From: Xanthobacteraceae bacterium | GTDB lineage: Bacteria; Pseudomonadota; Alphaproteobacteria; Rhizobiales; Xanthobacteraceae | Assembly (NCBI GenBank): GCA_035552735.1 | Contig: DASZKX010000008.1 | Location: 1-60,938 of the forward strand | Reading direction: 5' to 3' | DNA length: 60,938 bases | Part shown: in pieces, positions 46,787 to 54,451 of the stretch | Position numbering within the stretch: the stretch's first letter is position 1 | Layout of the letters: every line of letters starts with the position of its first letter | Translations under genes and position numbers: made by a program | Notes under the pieces: generated by a model | Database searches by the model: none | Told to the model about the DNA's origin: nothing | The model's input: the letters and a program-made list of their open reading frames with translations, nothing else

Positions 46787-47536
46787 TCACACATCCCTCC
46801 CGCCATCCACCTCCAGCACCACGCCGGTGACGAACGCGGCTTCGTCGGAAGCGAGGTAGAGGCAGGCGTCGGCGATGTCGCGCGGGCGCGACAGGCGGCC
46901 GAGCGGTATGGTGGCGATGAACTTGGCGCGGTTCTGTGGCGTATCCGGCAGTCCCATGAAGGATTCGAGCAGGCCGGTTTCGCCCAGCACCGGCGCCACG
47001 CAATTGACCCTGATCTTGTCGGGCGCGAGCTCGGCCGCCATCGAGCGCGACAGGAGATGCAAGGCGCCCTTCGAGCCGTTGTACCAGGTGAGGCCCGGGC
47101 GTGGCCGGATGGCCGCCGTCGATCCCATATTGATGATGCAGCCACCGCCTTGCCGGCGCATCGGCGGCACCACCGCCTGGGTCATGTGATAGATCGACTT
47201 CACGTTGACGGCGTAGACCTTGTCGAACTCGGCTTCGCTCACCTCGAGCAGAGGCCGGTTGCGGTGGGTCCAGCCGGCATTGTTGACCACGATGTCGAGG
47301 CGGCCGTGGGTCGCGAGCGTGCGCTCGACGGCCGACGTCACGTCATGGGCGCTGGTCACGTCGCCAGCGATCGCCAGCGCGTCCGGGCCGATCGAGGCCG
47401 CGACCGCCTGGGCGCCATCCGGGTTGAGATCGAGCAGCACCACCCTGGCGCCTTCGCGCGCGAACGTGCGGGCGATCTCGGCGCCGAAACCGGAGGCGGC
47501 CCCGGTTACGAGCGCAACCTTGGTCGCGAGTCGCAT
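46787..47536 (-). CDS. Short-chain dehydrogenase/reductase (SDR)
   Basis: TGAASGFG, NNAG, and S...YNGSK catalytic motif. Confidence 0.9.
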   Translation of the reverse strand: MRLATKVALVTGAASGFGAEIARTFAREGARVVLLDLNPDGAQAVAASIGPDALAIAGDVTSAHDVTSAVERTLATHGRLDIVVNNAGWTHRNRPLLEVSEAEFDKVYAVNVKSIYHMTQAVVPPMRRQGGGCIINMGSTAAIRPRPGLTWYNGSKGALHLLSRSMAAELAPDKIRVNCVAPVLGETGLLESFMGLPDTPQNRAKFIATIPLGRLSRPRDIADACLYLASDEAAFVTGVVLEVDGGRDV

Positions 47537-47624
47537 GCGCTCTCCCGGCTCGATCGGCGATGAGGCGAAGCCAGCCGGCGCTCACACATGGCGTGCCCGA
47601 CGCGACGTTCTGCGCTCTTGGGAT

Positions 47625-47888
47625 TTAGACAGAGCTCCGGGCCGAGGTCGGCATCGAGGTCCTGTGGCCGGAAAATCCGACAATGCTTCCGCCAAGGTAA
47701 CCCAGTTGAACGGATGTTGCGACCAGGCTCATAACGATTGCAAGGCGCCCGATGCTCTCCCCGATCGCAAAGCCGTTGACGGCAACTATGCCCAACTCCA
47801 GGGCCATGACCGGAATAAGTATAAACACTCGGAAGTGCAGTCCAAAAGCCGCGCCCAGCAGTGTGCTGACTGTCGAAAGGTTGAGCAT
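47625..47888 (-). CDS. Small hydrophobic membrane protein (87 aa), hypothetical
   Basis: 2-3 predicted TM segments. Local GC is lower than the surroundings. Confidence 0.4.
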   Translation of the reverse strand: MLNLSTVSTLLGAAFGLHFRVFILIPVMALELGIVAVNGFAIGESIGRLAIVMSLVATSVQLGYLGGSIVGFSGHRTSMPTSARSSV

Positions 47889-47952
47889 TGAAGGCCCTCT
47901 TCTGCGGTAGCGCTCTTCAAAGAAGGCGCTTTCGTCCCGCTACGTTCCGACC

Positions 47953-47992
47953 CAAATCACATCTCATTCTTGCAAATCACGTCTCATTCTTG
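47953..47992. repeat. 20-bp tandem direct repeat x2 in an AT-rich intergenic region
   Basis: caaatcacatctcattcttg / caaatcacgtctcattcttg (19/20 identical). Lies 65-104 nt upstream of the 47888 start. Confidence 0.9.
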
Positions 47993-48146
47993 AGATTACT
48001 TATACCTCCGTTTGCGGGACAATTCTCGATGTAAATCAATAGTAGACTGAACAAATTTTCGGCAATTTAGATATCGCATCGCAGCATAGCGGAGTGAAGC
48101 AATTGCCAGACGAAGCGGAAATCAATCTTACTTTCGACGATTCCGG

Positions 48147-48623
48147 CTAGATCATCAGATACGCAATCCAGCGAGCACAGCTGACCACCGCAATCCAGCC
48201 GACCAGCGAAATCGCGCCGGCTAGCCTGGCGCGAAGCGGAATTGCCGCGGTGCGGTCCCACTGCGCGATGCCGGGATAGACGAACCGCCGGAACGCCAGC
48301 ATGTTGAGGGCGATCAGCGCCAGCACCGCGAACTTCATCTGGAACGCGACGTTCACCGAATAGGCGACGGCCTGGCTCATGAACAGGAGGATGCCGGTCG
48401 TCGCCGCCACCACGAACGCCCCCCAGGTCAGTGGGATCACGTCGCGATAGAGGTCGCTGACGGCAGAGCCGCGCGCGATGAGGCCGAGCAGGCGCAGATC
48501 CACGATGGCGATCATGCCGAACACGAAGGTGGTGGCGGTGACGTGAATCATCTCGAGCGCCGGGAACCAGCCGCGTGACTGCGAGATCATCATCGCGACC
48601 TCGCTGGATTCGATAAAGCCCAT
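48147..48623 (-). CDS. 4-TM membrane protein of unknown function (paralog B)
   Basis: ATG at 48623 preceded by AAGGAG; MGFIESSEV... Paralogous to the upstream gene. Confidence 0.7.
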   Translation of the reverse strand: MGFIESSEVAMMISQSRGWFPALEMIHVTATTFVFGMIAIVDLRLLGLIARGSAVSDLYRDVIPLTWGAFVVAATTGILLFMSQAVAYSVNVAFQMKFAVLALIALNMLAFRRFVYPGIAQWDRTAAIPLRARLAGAISLVGWIAVVSCARWIAYLMI

Positions 48624-48663
48624 GAGCTCCTTGATGGACAGCACCTTCGGTTCCCCCCTGCGC

Positions 48664-49188
48664 TCACCGCATCATCAGCAAGGTGATCCAGCGTCCACGC
48701 CCCGCGAGCGTCACCCCGACCCAGAGCACCAGCGTGAGGGCGGCGAGCATGTTGGCGAGCGCGCGCCGGCCCGGACTTGCGACCGTCGCCGAAGAGGCGT
48801 CCGTCGTTTCCCGGCCCGGCCGCAAGGCCAGCTGCAATGCCAGCGTCGCCGCGATGGCAAGCCCCATGACCACCATCTTCACCTGAAAGGTGACGTCGGT
48901 CAGCAGACGCCGCGGCGCATAGAGGATCAGCAGGATCCCGGTCACGGTCAGCAGGACCAGGCCGGCCCAGATCCAGGACTGGAAACGGCGCGTCCCGGCG
49001 ATTGACGCTTGCGATCGGGAGATGCCCCAGATGCGCATGTCGATCATGACCACAGCCGACAGGATGATTCCGTTGGCCAGGATGTGGATGATCTGCAGCC
49101 AGGGCACGAGCCAATTGAGCCGGCGCAGCGCCTGGGCGATGGGCAGGCTTGCCAGCCAGGAAGCGAGCTCAACCATGCCAAATCCCAT
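48664..49188 (-). CDS. 4-TM membrane protein of unknown function (paralog A)
   Basis: MGFGMVELASWLASLPIAQALRRLNWLVPWLQIIHILANG... Same length and topology as paralog B. Alternative start at 49176. Confidence 0.7.
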   Translation of the reverse strand: MGFGMVELASWLASLPIAQALRRLNWLVPWLQIIHILANGIILSAVVMIDMRIWGISRSQASIAGTRRFQSWIWAGLVLLTVTGILLILYAPRRLLTDVTFQVKMVVMGLAIAATLALQLALRPGRETTDASSATVASPGRRALANMLAALTLVLWVGVTLAGRGRWITLLMMR

Positions 49189-49259
49189 ACCTGCGGCGCG
49201 GGGCCTCGAGGCGGCCCGCACCGGCCCGTGACCGATCACGATCTCGACGCCGCGGGGTT

Positions 49260-50309
49260 TCAGGCGAGCGCGGCCTCCTGCGTCGCCGACCGCGGCTTTG
49301 CGTCCGTGGCTGGAGCCGGATCGCGCAATCCGAGGATGCGCCGGGCGTTGCTGTAGAACAGCTTCTCCTGGCTCTCGGTCGACAGGTCGATCTCCGCGAG
49401 CAACTTGAGCGCGGTCGCCGGATCCCAACACGGATAGTCGGTGCCGTACATGACGTTGTCGATGCCGAAATACTCGATCGCGAATTTCATGCCCGGCACG
49501 TGCGGCGAGACGGTGTCGGTGTACATGCGCTTGATGTAGGTGCTCATGGGCTGCGGCAGCAGCGCGGCCTTGGTGTTCTTGTCCATGCGGCCAGACTGGT
49601 AGGGCAGCGCTCCGCCGGTATGCGACATGACGATCTTGAGCTTGGGATGCCGCTCCATGATCCCCGATAGGATCAGCCGGGACGCGGCGGCGCTCACCTC
49701 GATGACGCGGCCGAGGCTCAGATGCAGCGCGCCGTTGTAGCCTTCGAGCAACTCCTCGAACACCGCGTCGGTCGGATGCAGGAACAGCGGCACGCCGAGC
49801 TCCTCGACCCGGTCATAGAACGGCTCGAGCCGCTCGTGATCGATGCGCGGGTCGCTGCCGACGCTGCCCGGCAGGTTGGCGCCCATCAGGCCGAGCTTGT
49901 TGATGGCGTGGTCCAGCACCTCGATGGCGATCCCGGTGTCCACCAACGGCACCGCGGCGCTGGCCCAGAGTCGGCCCGGATGCTTGCGTTGGGCGCCGGC
50001 CATCTCCTCGTTCCACATGAGCGCCACGTCGCGGCCCTCCGGCGGCGCCAGGTCCGAGAAGGCGACCGAGAGCGGCCCGATGGAGCAGACCACGTCCACC
50101 TGATGGCCGAGCCGGTCCATGTGCTCGAGCTGCTTGTCGAGATCGAACCACTCGGCCCAGCTGTTGACCGGTAGGCCACGGCCGGCACCGCGCTGATAGC
50201 TGTAGCCGCCACGGGCGTTGCGCGCCGCGCGCGGAAAGTCCTTGCGCTTGCAGAATTGCTCCAAAACCGACTTGGGCCACCAATGGAAATGGGAATCGAT
50301 AATGTGCAT
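49260..50309 (-). CDS. Amidohydrolase-2 family metal-dependent hydrolase
   Basis: MHIIDSHFHWW..., ...FLHP..., ...MSHTGG..., ...YGTDYP. Confidence 0.85.
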   Translation of the reverse strand: MHIIDSHFHWWPKSVLEQFCKRKDFPRAARNARGGYSYQRGAGRGLPVNSWAEWFDLDKQLEHMDRLGHQVDVVCSIGPLSVAFSDLAPPEGRDVALMWNEEMAGAQRKHPGRLWASAAVPLVDTGIAIEVLDHAINKLGLMGANLPGSVGSDPRIDHERLEPFYDRVEELGVPLFLHPTDAVFEELLEGYNGALHLSLGRVIEVSAAASRLILSGIMERHPKLKIVMSHTGGALPYQSGRMDKNTKAALLPQPMSTYIKRMYTDTVSPHVPGMKFAIEYFGIDNVMYGTDYPCWDPATALKLLAEIDLSTESQEKLFYSNARRILGLRDPAPATDAKPRSATQEAALA

Positions 50310-50495
50310 GATAAGGCTCCCGCCGGACCTGCGCCGGTCCGGGGCTGATCTGCTCTCGCAATTCTAAGGAGCCGTGCCCGCCCGGTCAATGCAACAGCCT
50401 GCCGGCAGGACTATGCTTGCGTGCCAAGAAGCGCGACGGATTGCTGCGGTGCGGCCGACGTTGCGGCTCAAAGAGAACCTCCAGAGGAGAAGTCC

Positions 50496-50744
50496 ATGAA
50501 GCGACCCATCTCGTTCGTCGGCTCATTCGTCATCTTGACGTGCGGCCTCGTGCTTTCGGCCGACGCCGCGAGCCGCAATCGAACGATCATCTTGGCCCAA
50601 GGTGCGCCGCCCGAAATCTGCACCGAGATCTATCAGCCGGTCTGCGGAACCAATCCGGCCGGGATGCGGGTCACCTATTCCAACGCCTGCTTTGCCCGCA
50701 TCGCCCAGGCCACCAAAGTAACTGCGGGCGAATGCGCGAAATGA
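50496..50744 (+). CDS. Secreted Kazal-like domain protein (82 aa)
   Basis: GAGGAG RBS; signal MKRPISFVGSFVILTCGLVLSADA; C-TEIYQ-PVCG-TNPAGMRV-TY-SNAC-...-C matches the Kazal core PVCG...TY.N.C. Confidence 0.75.
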   Translation: MKRPISFVGSFVILTCGLVLSADAASRNRTIILAQGAPPEICTEIYQPVCGTNPAGMRVTYSNACFARIAQATKVTAGECAK

Positions 50745-50798
50745 GGCCAAAAGCGCCCCTGGGCTAAGGCACTTTGGCTTAGCTGACGCAGAACAGGC

Positions 50799-50889
50799 GT
50801 CATCGCCGGGACATAAGGGCGCTTACGCATAGCCCACCAAGACGGGCGTAAACGCCCTCATGTCTTCGCGGGCTATGCCCGGCGATGAC
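50799..50889. repeat. REP element family B with interleaved inverted repeats
   Basis: Outer arms gtcatcgccggg / cccggcgatgac. Inner modules are ordered X-Y-rc(X)-rc(Y), where X = gacataagggcgcttacgc and Y = atagcccaccaagac. Confidence 0.7.
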
Positions 50890-50910
50890 ACGCAACTTGA
50901 TGCGATGCCC

Positions 50911-52008
50911 CTACCGCGCTGGCTCGATGGCGGCCGGGCGCATGGCCGGGGATGCCGGACGGGCGGCGCCCGAACCCGCCGCCGGGGCGGCCGCGGCCGG
51001 TGGACCCCGATCGGATCGTCCGATCTTCGCGTCCGGCCGCTCGACGCGGACCGGACCCACATCGGCCAGCGGATTGCGGCCGGCCTCGACCGCGGCGGGA
51101 TTCACGGCGCAACCGGGGTCGGGCGCCGGCAGAGCCGCGGTTTTCGACGGCAGTTTCGGCGCCGGCTTGGCGGCTTCGACCCGGGATGGCGCCCGGGCGG
51201 ATTGCGCGAAACCGCCCGGCTGACACGGATCCGCGAAGGCCTGCTGGGGTGGCCGTGCCGGCGCCAATTCGGGCATTGGGGCCGGCGTAAGAGCCGGGGC
51301 CGGCGTAAGAGCCGGGGCCGGCAAAAGAGCCGGGGCCGGTGCGAGAGGGAACGCGGGTGCCAGAGTCGGGGCTGGAGTCGGCGAAGGCTCCGTAATGATA
51401 TCGCCCAGCGACGGCGTCTCCTTGGGATACGTCGTCGTGGGTGCGGCGGCGCCCTGCGGGCCTAACTCCGCCGGCCGCCACAGCAGCGACCATGACAGCC
51501 CACCGGCCATGAGCATCACGGCGCAAGCCGCCGCCACTTGCGCGGGCCGCCGGCCGAGCCGACCGCCGGCGATGCGAGACCAGATACGGGGCTTTGATGC
51601 CGCCGACGCGCCGCCGGCGGGCGTCAGAACCTGCTCCAGCAGATGGGCGGGCGCTGCCAGCGGTGCCGGCTCGATGCCCTCGACGAAAGCCAGTGCCGAC
51701 TGCGCCTCGAGCCGCACGGCGCCGGATACCGCGGCCGCGTCCTGGAACGCGTGGCAGGGCGCAGCGCTGGCGGTGCCAGACAAGATCGCTGCCAGCTCGG
51801 CGGTGAGCCGGCCCGGGCTGTCGGCGAGTTCCGATTCGGCTGGTTCCGACGGCGAACCGGATCGCTGCGCCTGGATGTCGGACAGCGCCTGCGCGATGCG
51901 GCTCCCGGTCGCCGGCACGCCGGACGCCCGTCCCTGCGGATCGCCCTCGAACGGGCGCTCGCAGAGGGATTCGAGCAGGGCCGCGATCTCATTCTTATCC
52001 AACGGCAA
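50911..52008 (-). CDS. Single-pass membrane protein, putative anti-sigma factor (non-ZAS) with a Pro/Ala-rich periplasmic region
   Basis: Starts 16 nt after the sigma-like gene on the same strand. TM segment VAAACAVMLMAGGLSWSLLW. Contains an (APALTP)n repeat. Confidence 0.55.
   Translation of the reverse strand: MPLDKNEIAALLESLCERPFEGDPQGRASGVPATGSRIAQALSDIQAQRSGSPSEPAESELADSPGRLTAELAAILSGTASAAPCHAFQDAAAVSGAVRLEAQSALAFVEGIEPAPLAAPAHLLEQVLTPAGGASAASKPRIWSRIAGGRLGRRPAQVAAACAVMLMAGGLSWSLLWRPAELGPQGAAAPTTTYPKETPSLGDIITEPSPTPAPTLAPAFPLAPAPALLPAPALTPAPALTPAPMPELAPARPPQQAFADPCQPGGFAQSARAPSRVEAAKPAPKLPSKTAALPAPDPGCAVNPAAVEAGRNPLADVGPVRVERPDAKIGRSDRGPPAAAAPAAGSGAARPASPAMRPAAIEPAR
51278..51349. repeat. 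18-bp in-frame tandem repeat (about 3.5 copies) inside the anti-sigma-like CDS
   Basis: ggggccggcgtaagagcc x2, then ggggccggcaaaagagcc, then ggggccggtgcgagaggg. Encodes PAPALT/PAPALL units. Confidence 0.9.
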
Positions 52009-52024
52009 TCCTCCTGTCCTTCGA

Positions 52025-53125
52025 TTAGACGGACAGTCTCCACTTTTTCACCACGTCCTCGTCGCCGAGCTCGTCGCGCAGTCGGCGCTTGAGCCTCTGG
52101 GCGAGCTTGTGAACATCTTCGACCGGCAGGCAGAGAAGCCGCGCGATCTCGCGCGCGGGCGCGCCCGCGAGCGCCAATTGCATATATAGTCTTTCTCCGG
52201 CCGGAAGCCCGGGCAGCACCTGCTTGAGCGCCTCCAGCGCCTGCTCGAGGAAATGCGCAGCCTGACCGTCGACCAGATTGTCCTCCGGGGTCGGCACGCG
52301 AAAATCGTCCGAACCGACCGCCGGCGCGAAATCCTCGGCGGCCGAAAGCTCGACCGTATGGCCATCGCCGCGCGGCTCGGCGCAGTAGCCGGCCGGGAGT
52401 GCCTGACGGACCCGGACGATCGCCTGCGCGACCGCCGGCACCGTCGGCGGCGCCTCGCCGACACGCGTCAGATGAGCGAGCAGGAGCGTGGGCTCGGCAG
52501 CGAGCCGATCCCAGTAGATGAGCCGGAACACCGATTGATCGAGCACCGACAGACGCTGGATCGCGGCCGGAAGCCGGCGGCGCGGAATGATGGTGCGCAC
52601 GTAATCGATGACCAGATTCTCGATGGTGTGCAGCACGAAGCCCGACAGGCTGCCGCGTCCCGAATAGGCCCGCAGCCGCTGGAAATCGTTCCGCAGCAGG
52701 GCTTCGCAGACAACCTGATAGGCGTCATCGCGATTTTGGGCGTTGCCGGCGCCGGGCAATGCCCGTTCGATCATGCGCCGCATATCGTGCCCGAAGAACG
52801 CCTCGAACGCCGGCCAGCCGCGACCGGCATCGAGCACCAGCAAATTGATGGCGCGCTCCAACAAGAGATCGCGCACCACGAGCGCTACATAGACCCGCAC
52901 GCGCGCGCGTCCATCGTAATCCTTGAGCCGTGAAAATCCGTTCGCGCGCAGACCCGCCATGACCTCGCGGAAGGCCGTCTCGGCATCGGCTCCGCCGCGC
53001 GTCACGCGCACGCAGGCGGTCCAGGCCAGATCGGCGAGCGCGCGGACCAAATCCTCCGCCGCCCCGGGCGCTCCCCGCAGGGCGGCCGCCAGCAGCGCTT
53101 TGTCCGGATCAAAAGGTGCGGTCAC
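52025..53125 (-). CDS. Atypical sigma-70-family (ECF-like) protein, 366 aa
   Basis: GTG start. Sigma2-like DDAYQVVCEALLRNDFQRLRAYSGRGSLSGFVLHTIENLVIDYVRT. Sigma4-like LPAGERLYMQLALAGAPAREIARLLCLPVEDVHKLAQRLKRRLRDEL. Plus extra sigma2-like and sigma4-like segments. Confidence 0.7.
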   Translation of the reverse strand: MTAPFDPDKALLAAALRGAPGAAEDLVRALADLAWTACVRVTRGGADAETAFREVMAGLRANGFSRLKDYDGRARVRVYVALVVRDLLLERAINLLVLDAGRGWPAFEAFFGHDMRRMIERALPGAGNAQNRDDAYQVVCEALLRNDFQRLRAYSGRGSLSGFVLHTIENLVIDYVRTIIPRRRLPAAIQRLSVLDQSVFRLIYWDRLAAEPTLLLAHLTRVGEAPPTVPAVAQAIVRVRQALPAGYCAEPRGDGHTVELSAAEDFAPAVGSDDFRVPTPEDNLVDGQAAHFLEQALEALKQVLPGLPAGERLYMQLALAGAPAREIARLLCLPVEDVHKLAQRLKRRLRDELGDEDVVKKWRLSV

Positions 53126-53344
53126 GGATAACCTGTACGGGGCCCGATCGCGACAGTAACGGGCAACCGGCCGCAGATTACAAGTCTTTCCTGTTTTTTT
53201 CAGGACACCGCCGCCGAAATTTCCGGGCCTGTCCGTCTAACGGGTCTGCCGAACGACCGCGGACATGCGGCCGGACGACGGCAAGCCGTTACCGAAAGCG
53301 CCGCGGCGCGATGACGCGCGCTCAATCGCAATCAGGAGTGTCCG

Positions 53345-54391
53345 ATGACGACATGGAATCTATTGGCCGCCCTCTCGCTCTGCGTGGCCCAGCTCGCCGG
53401 CAGCGCCGCGAATGCCGAGCCGGGCGACGACTATCGCCTGTCCGGTCCGGCGGTGCACGAAAACCTCGCGATCTATTTCGTGCACGGCAAATCCCGCGGC
53501 GGCCCGGTGCCGCTGACCTTGGCCGAGGCGCTCGCCAAGAAGACCATCGAGGTGCGCGAGATCGGCCAGGTCAACGAGCTGCAGGTCGAGAACATCGGCA
53601 ACGAGGAGATCTTCATTCAAGCCGGCGATATCGTGAAAGGCGGGCAGCAAGACCGCGTGCTCAGCGTGAGCCTGGTGCTCAAGCCGCATTCGGGGCCGCT
53701 TGCGATTTCGTCGTTCTGTGTCGAGCAGGGCCGCTGGTCGGCGCGCGGCGGCGAGGACGTGCGCAAGTTCTCGAGCGCGAATGCGTCGCTGCCCTCGCGC
53801 ACCGCCAAGATCGAGATGGCCGGGGCGGCATTGCCGCAGATCGACGGCGCCGATGCGCAGAGCGTGGGCACGCGTCAGCGCGAGATTTGGAACAGCGTCA
53901 AGGAGATCCAGGGCAAGCTCACGAGCAATCTCGGCGCCCAAGTAGCGGCGGCGCCCTCGCGCACCAGCCTGCAGCTGGCGCTGGAGAACGGCGGGCTCGA
54001 GCGCGCCCAGGCGGACTACGTCAAGGCGCTGCTGCCGATCGGCGAAAAGGACAACGACATCGTCGGCTATATCTTCGCGGTCAACGGCAAGATCAACAGC
54101 GCCGACATCTATCCCTCGAACGGCCTGTTCCGGAAGATGTGGCCCAAGCTGTTGCGCGCGAGCGCGACCGAAGCGCTCACCGAGCGCGATGGCGCGGCTG
54201 CGCCGGCACCGCCGCCTTCGGAAGCGAGCGGCTTCCTGGCGAGCCTGGGCGAGGCGCGCAGCGTCGAGAAGGACGTGGGCTCGGGCGGCAGCGTCCAGGT
54301 GCGCGAGAGCGCCAAGACTTTATTCATGGAAGCAAAGCCGGCCGCGGCGCCGGCCAGCGCCTGGGTGCATCGCAACTATCTGGCCAGGTGA
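53345..54391 (+). CDS. Secreted ARPP-1/DUF6569-like protein
   Basis: Signal MTTWNLLAALSLCVAQLAGSAANA. ...LTLAEALAKKTIEVREIGQVNELQVENIGNEEIFIQAGDIVKGGQQDRVL...SSFCVEQGRW...VGYIFAVNGKINSADIY..NGLFRKMWPKLLRASATEAL matches my memory of that family. Confidence 0.7.
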   Translation: MTTWNLLAALSLCVAQLAGSAANAEPGDDYRLSGPAVHENLAIYFVHGKSRGGPVPLTLAEALAKKTIEVREIGQVNELQVENIGNEEIFIQAGDIVKGGQQDRVLSVSLVLKPHSGPLAISSFCVEQGRWSARGGEDVRKFSSANASLPSRTAKIEMAGAALPQIDGADAQSVGTRQREIWNSVKEIQGKLTSNLGAQVAAAPSRTSLQLALENGGLERAQADYVKALLPIGEKDNDIVGYIFAVNGKINSADIYPSNGLFRKMWPKLLRASATEALTERDGAAAPAPPPSEASGFLASLGEARSVEKDVGSGGSVQVRESAKTLFMEAKPAAAPASAWVHRNYLAR

Positions 54392-54451
54392 CGACGGGCC
54401 AGATGAAGCGGCGCCGCCGCGGGTCCCATCCCCCGCGGCGGCGTCGCGAGC

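Noticed and set aside
53126-53344. ECF-type promoter (GGAAC-N16/17-CGTC-like) for the divergent DUF6569-like gene or for sigma autoregulation
   Set aside because: Candidate pairs (ggacac...ccgtcta; ggaaag-N16-cggttg on the minus strand) have wrong spacing or a poor -10 element. This is not convincing without TSS data.
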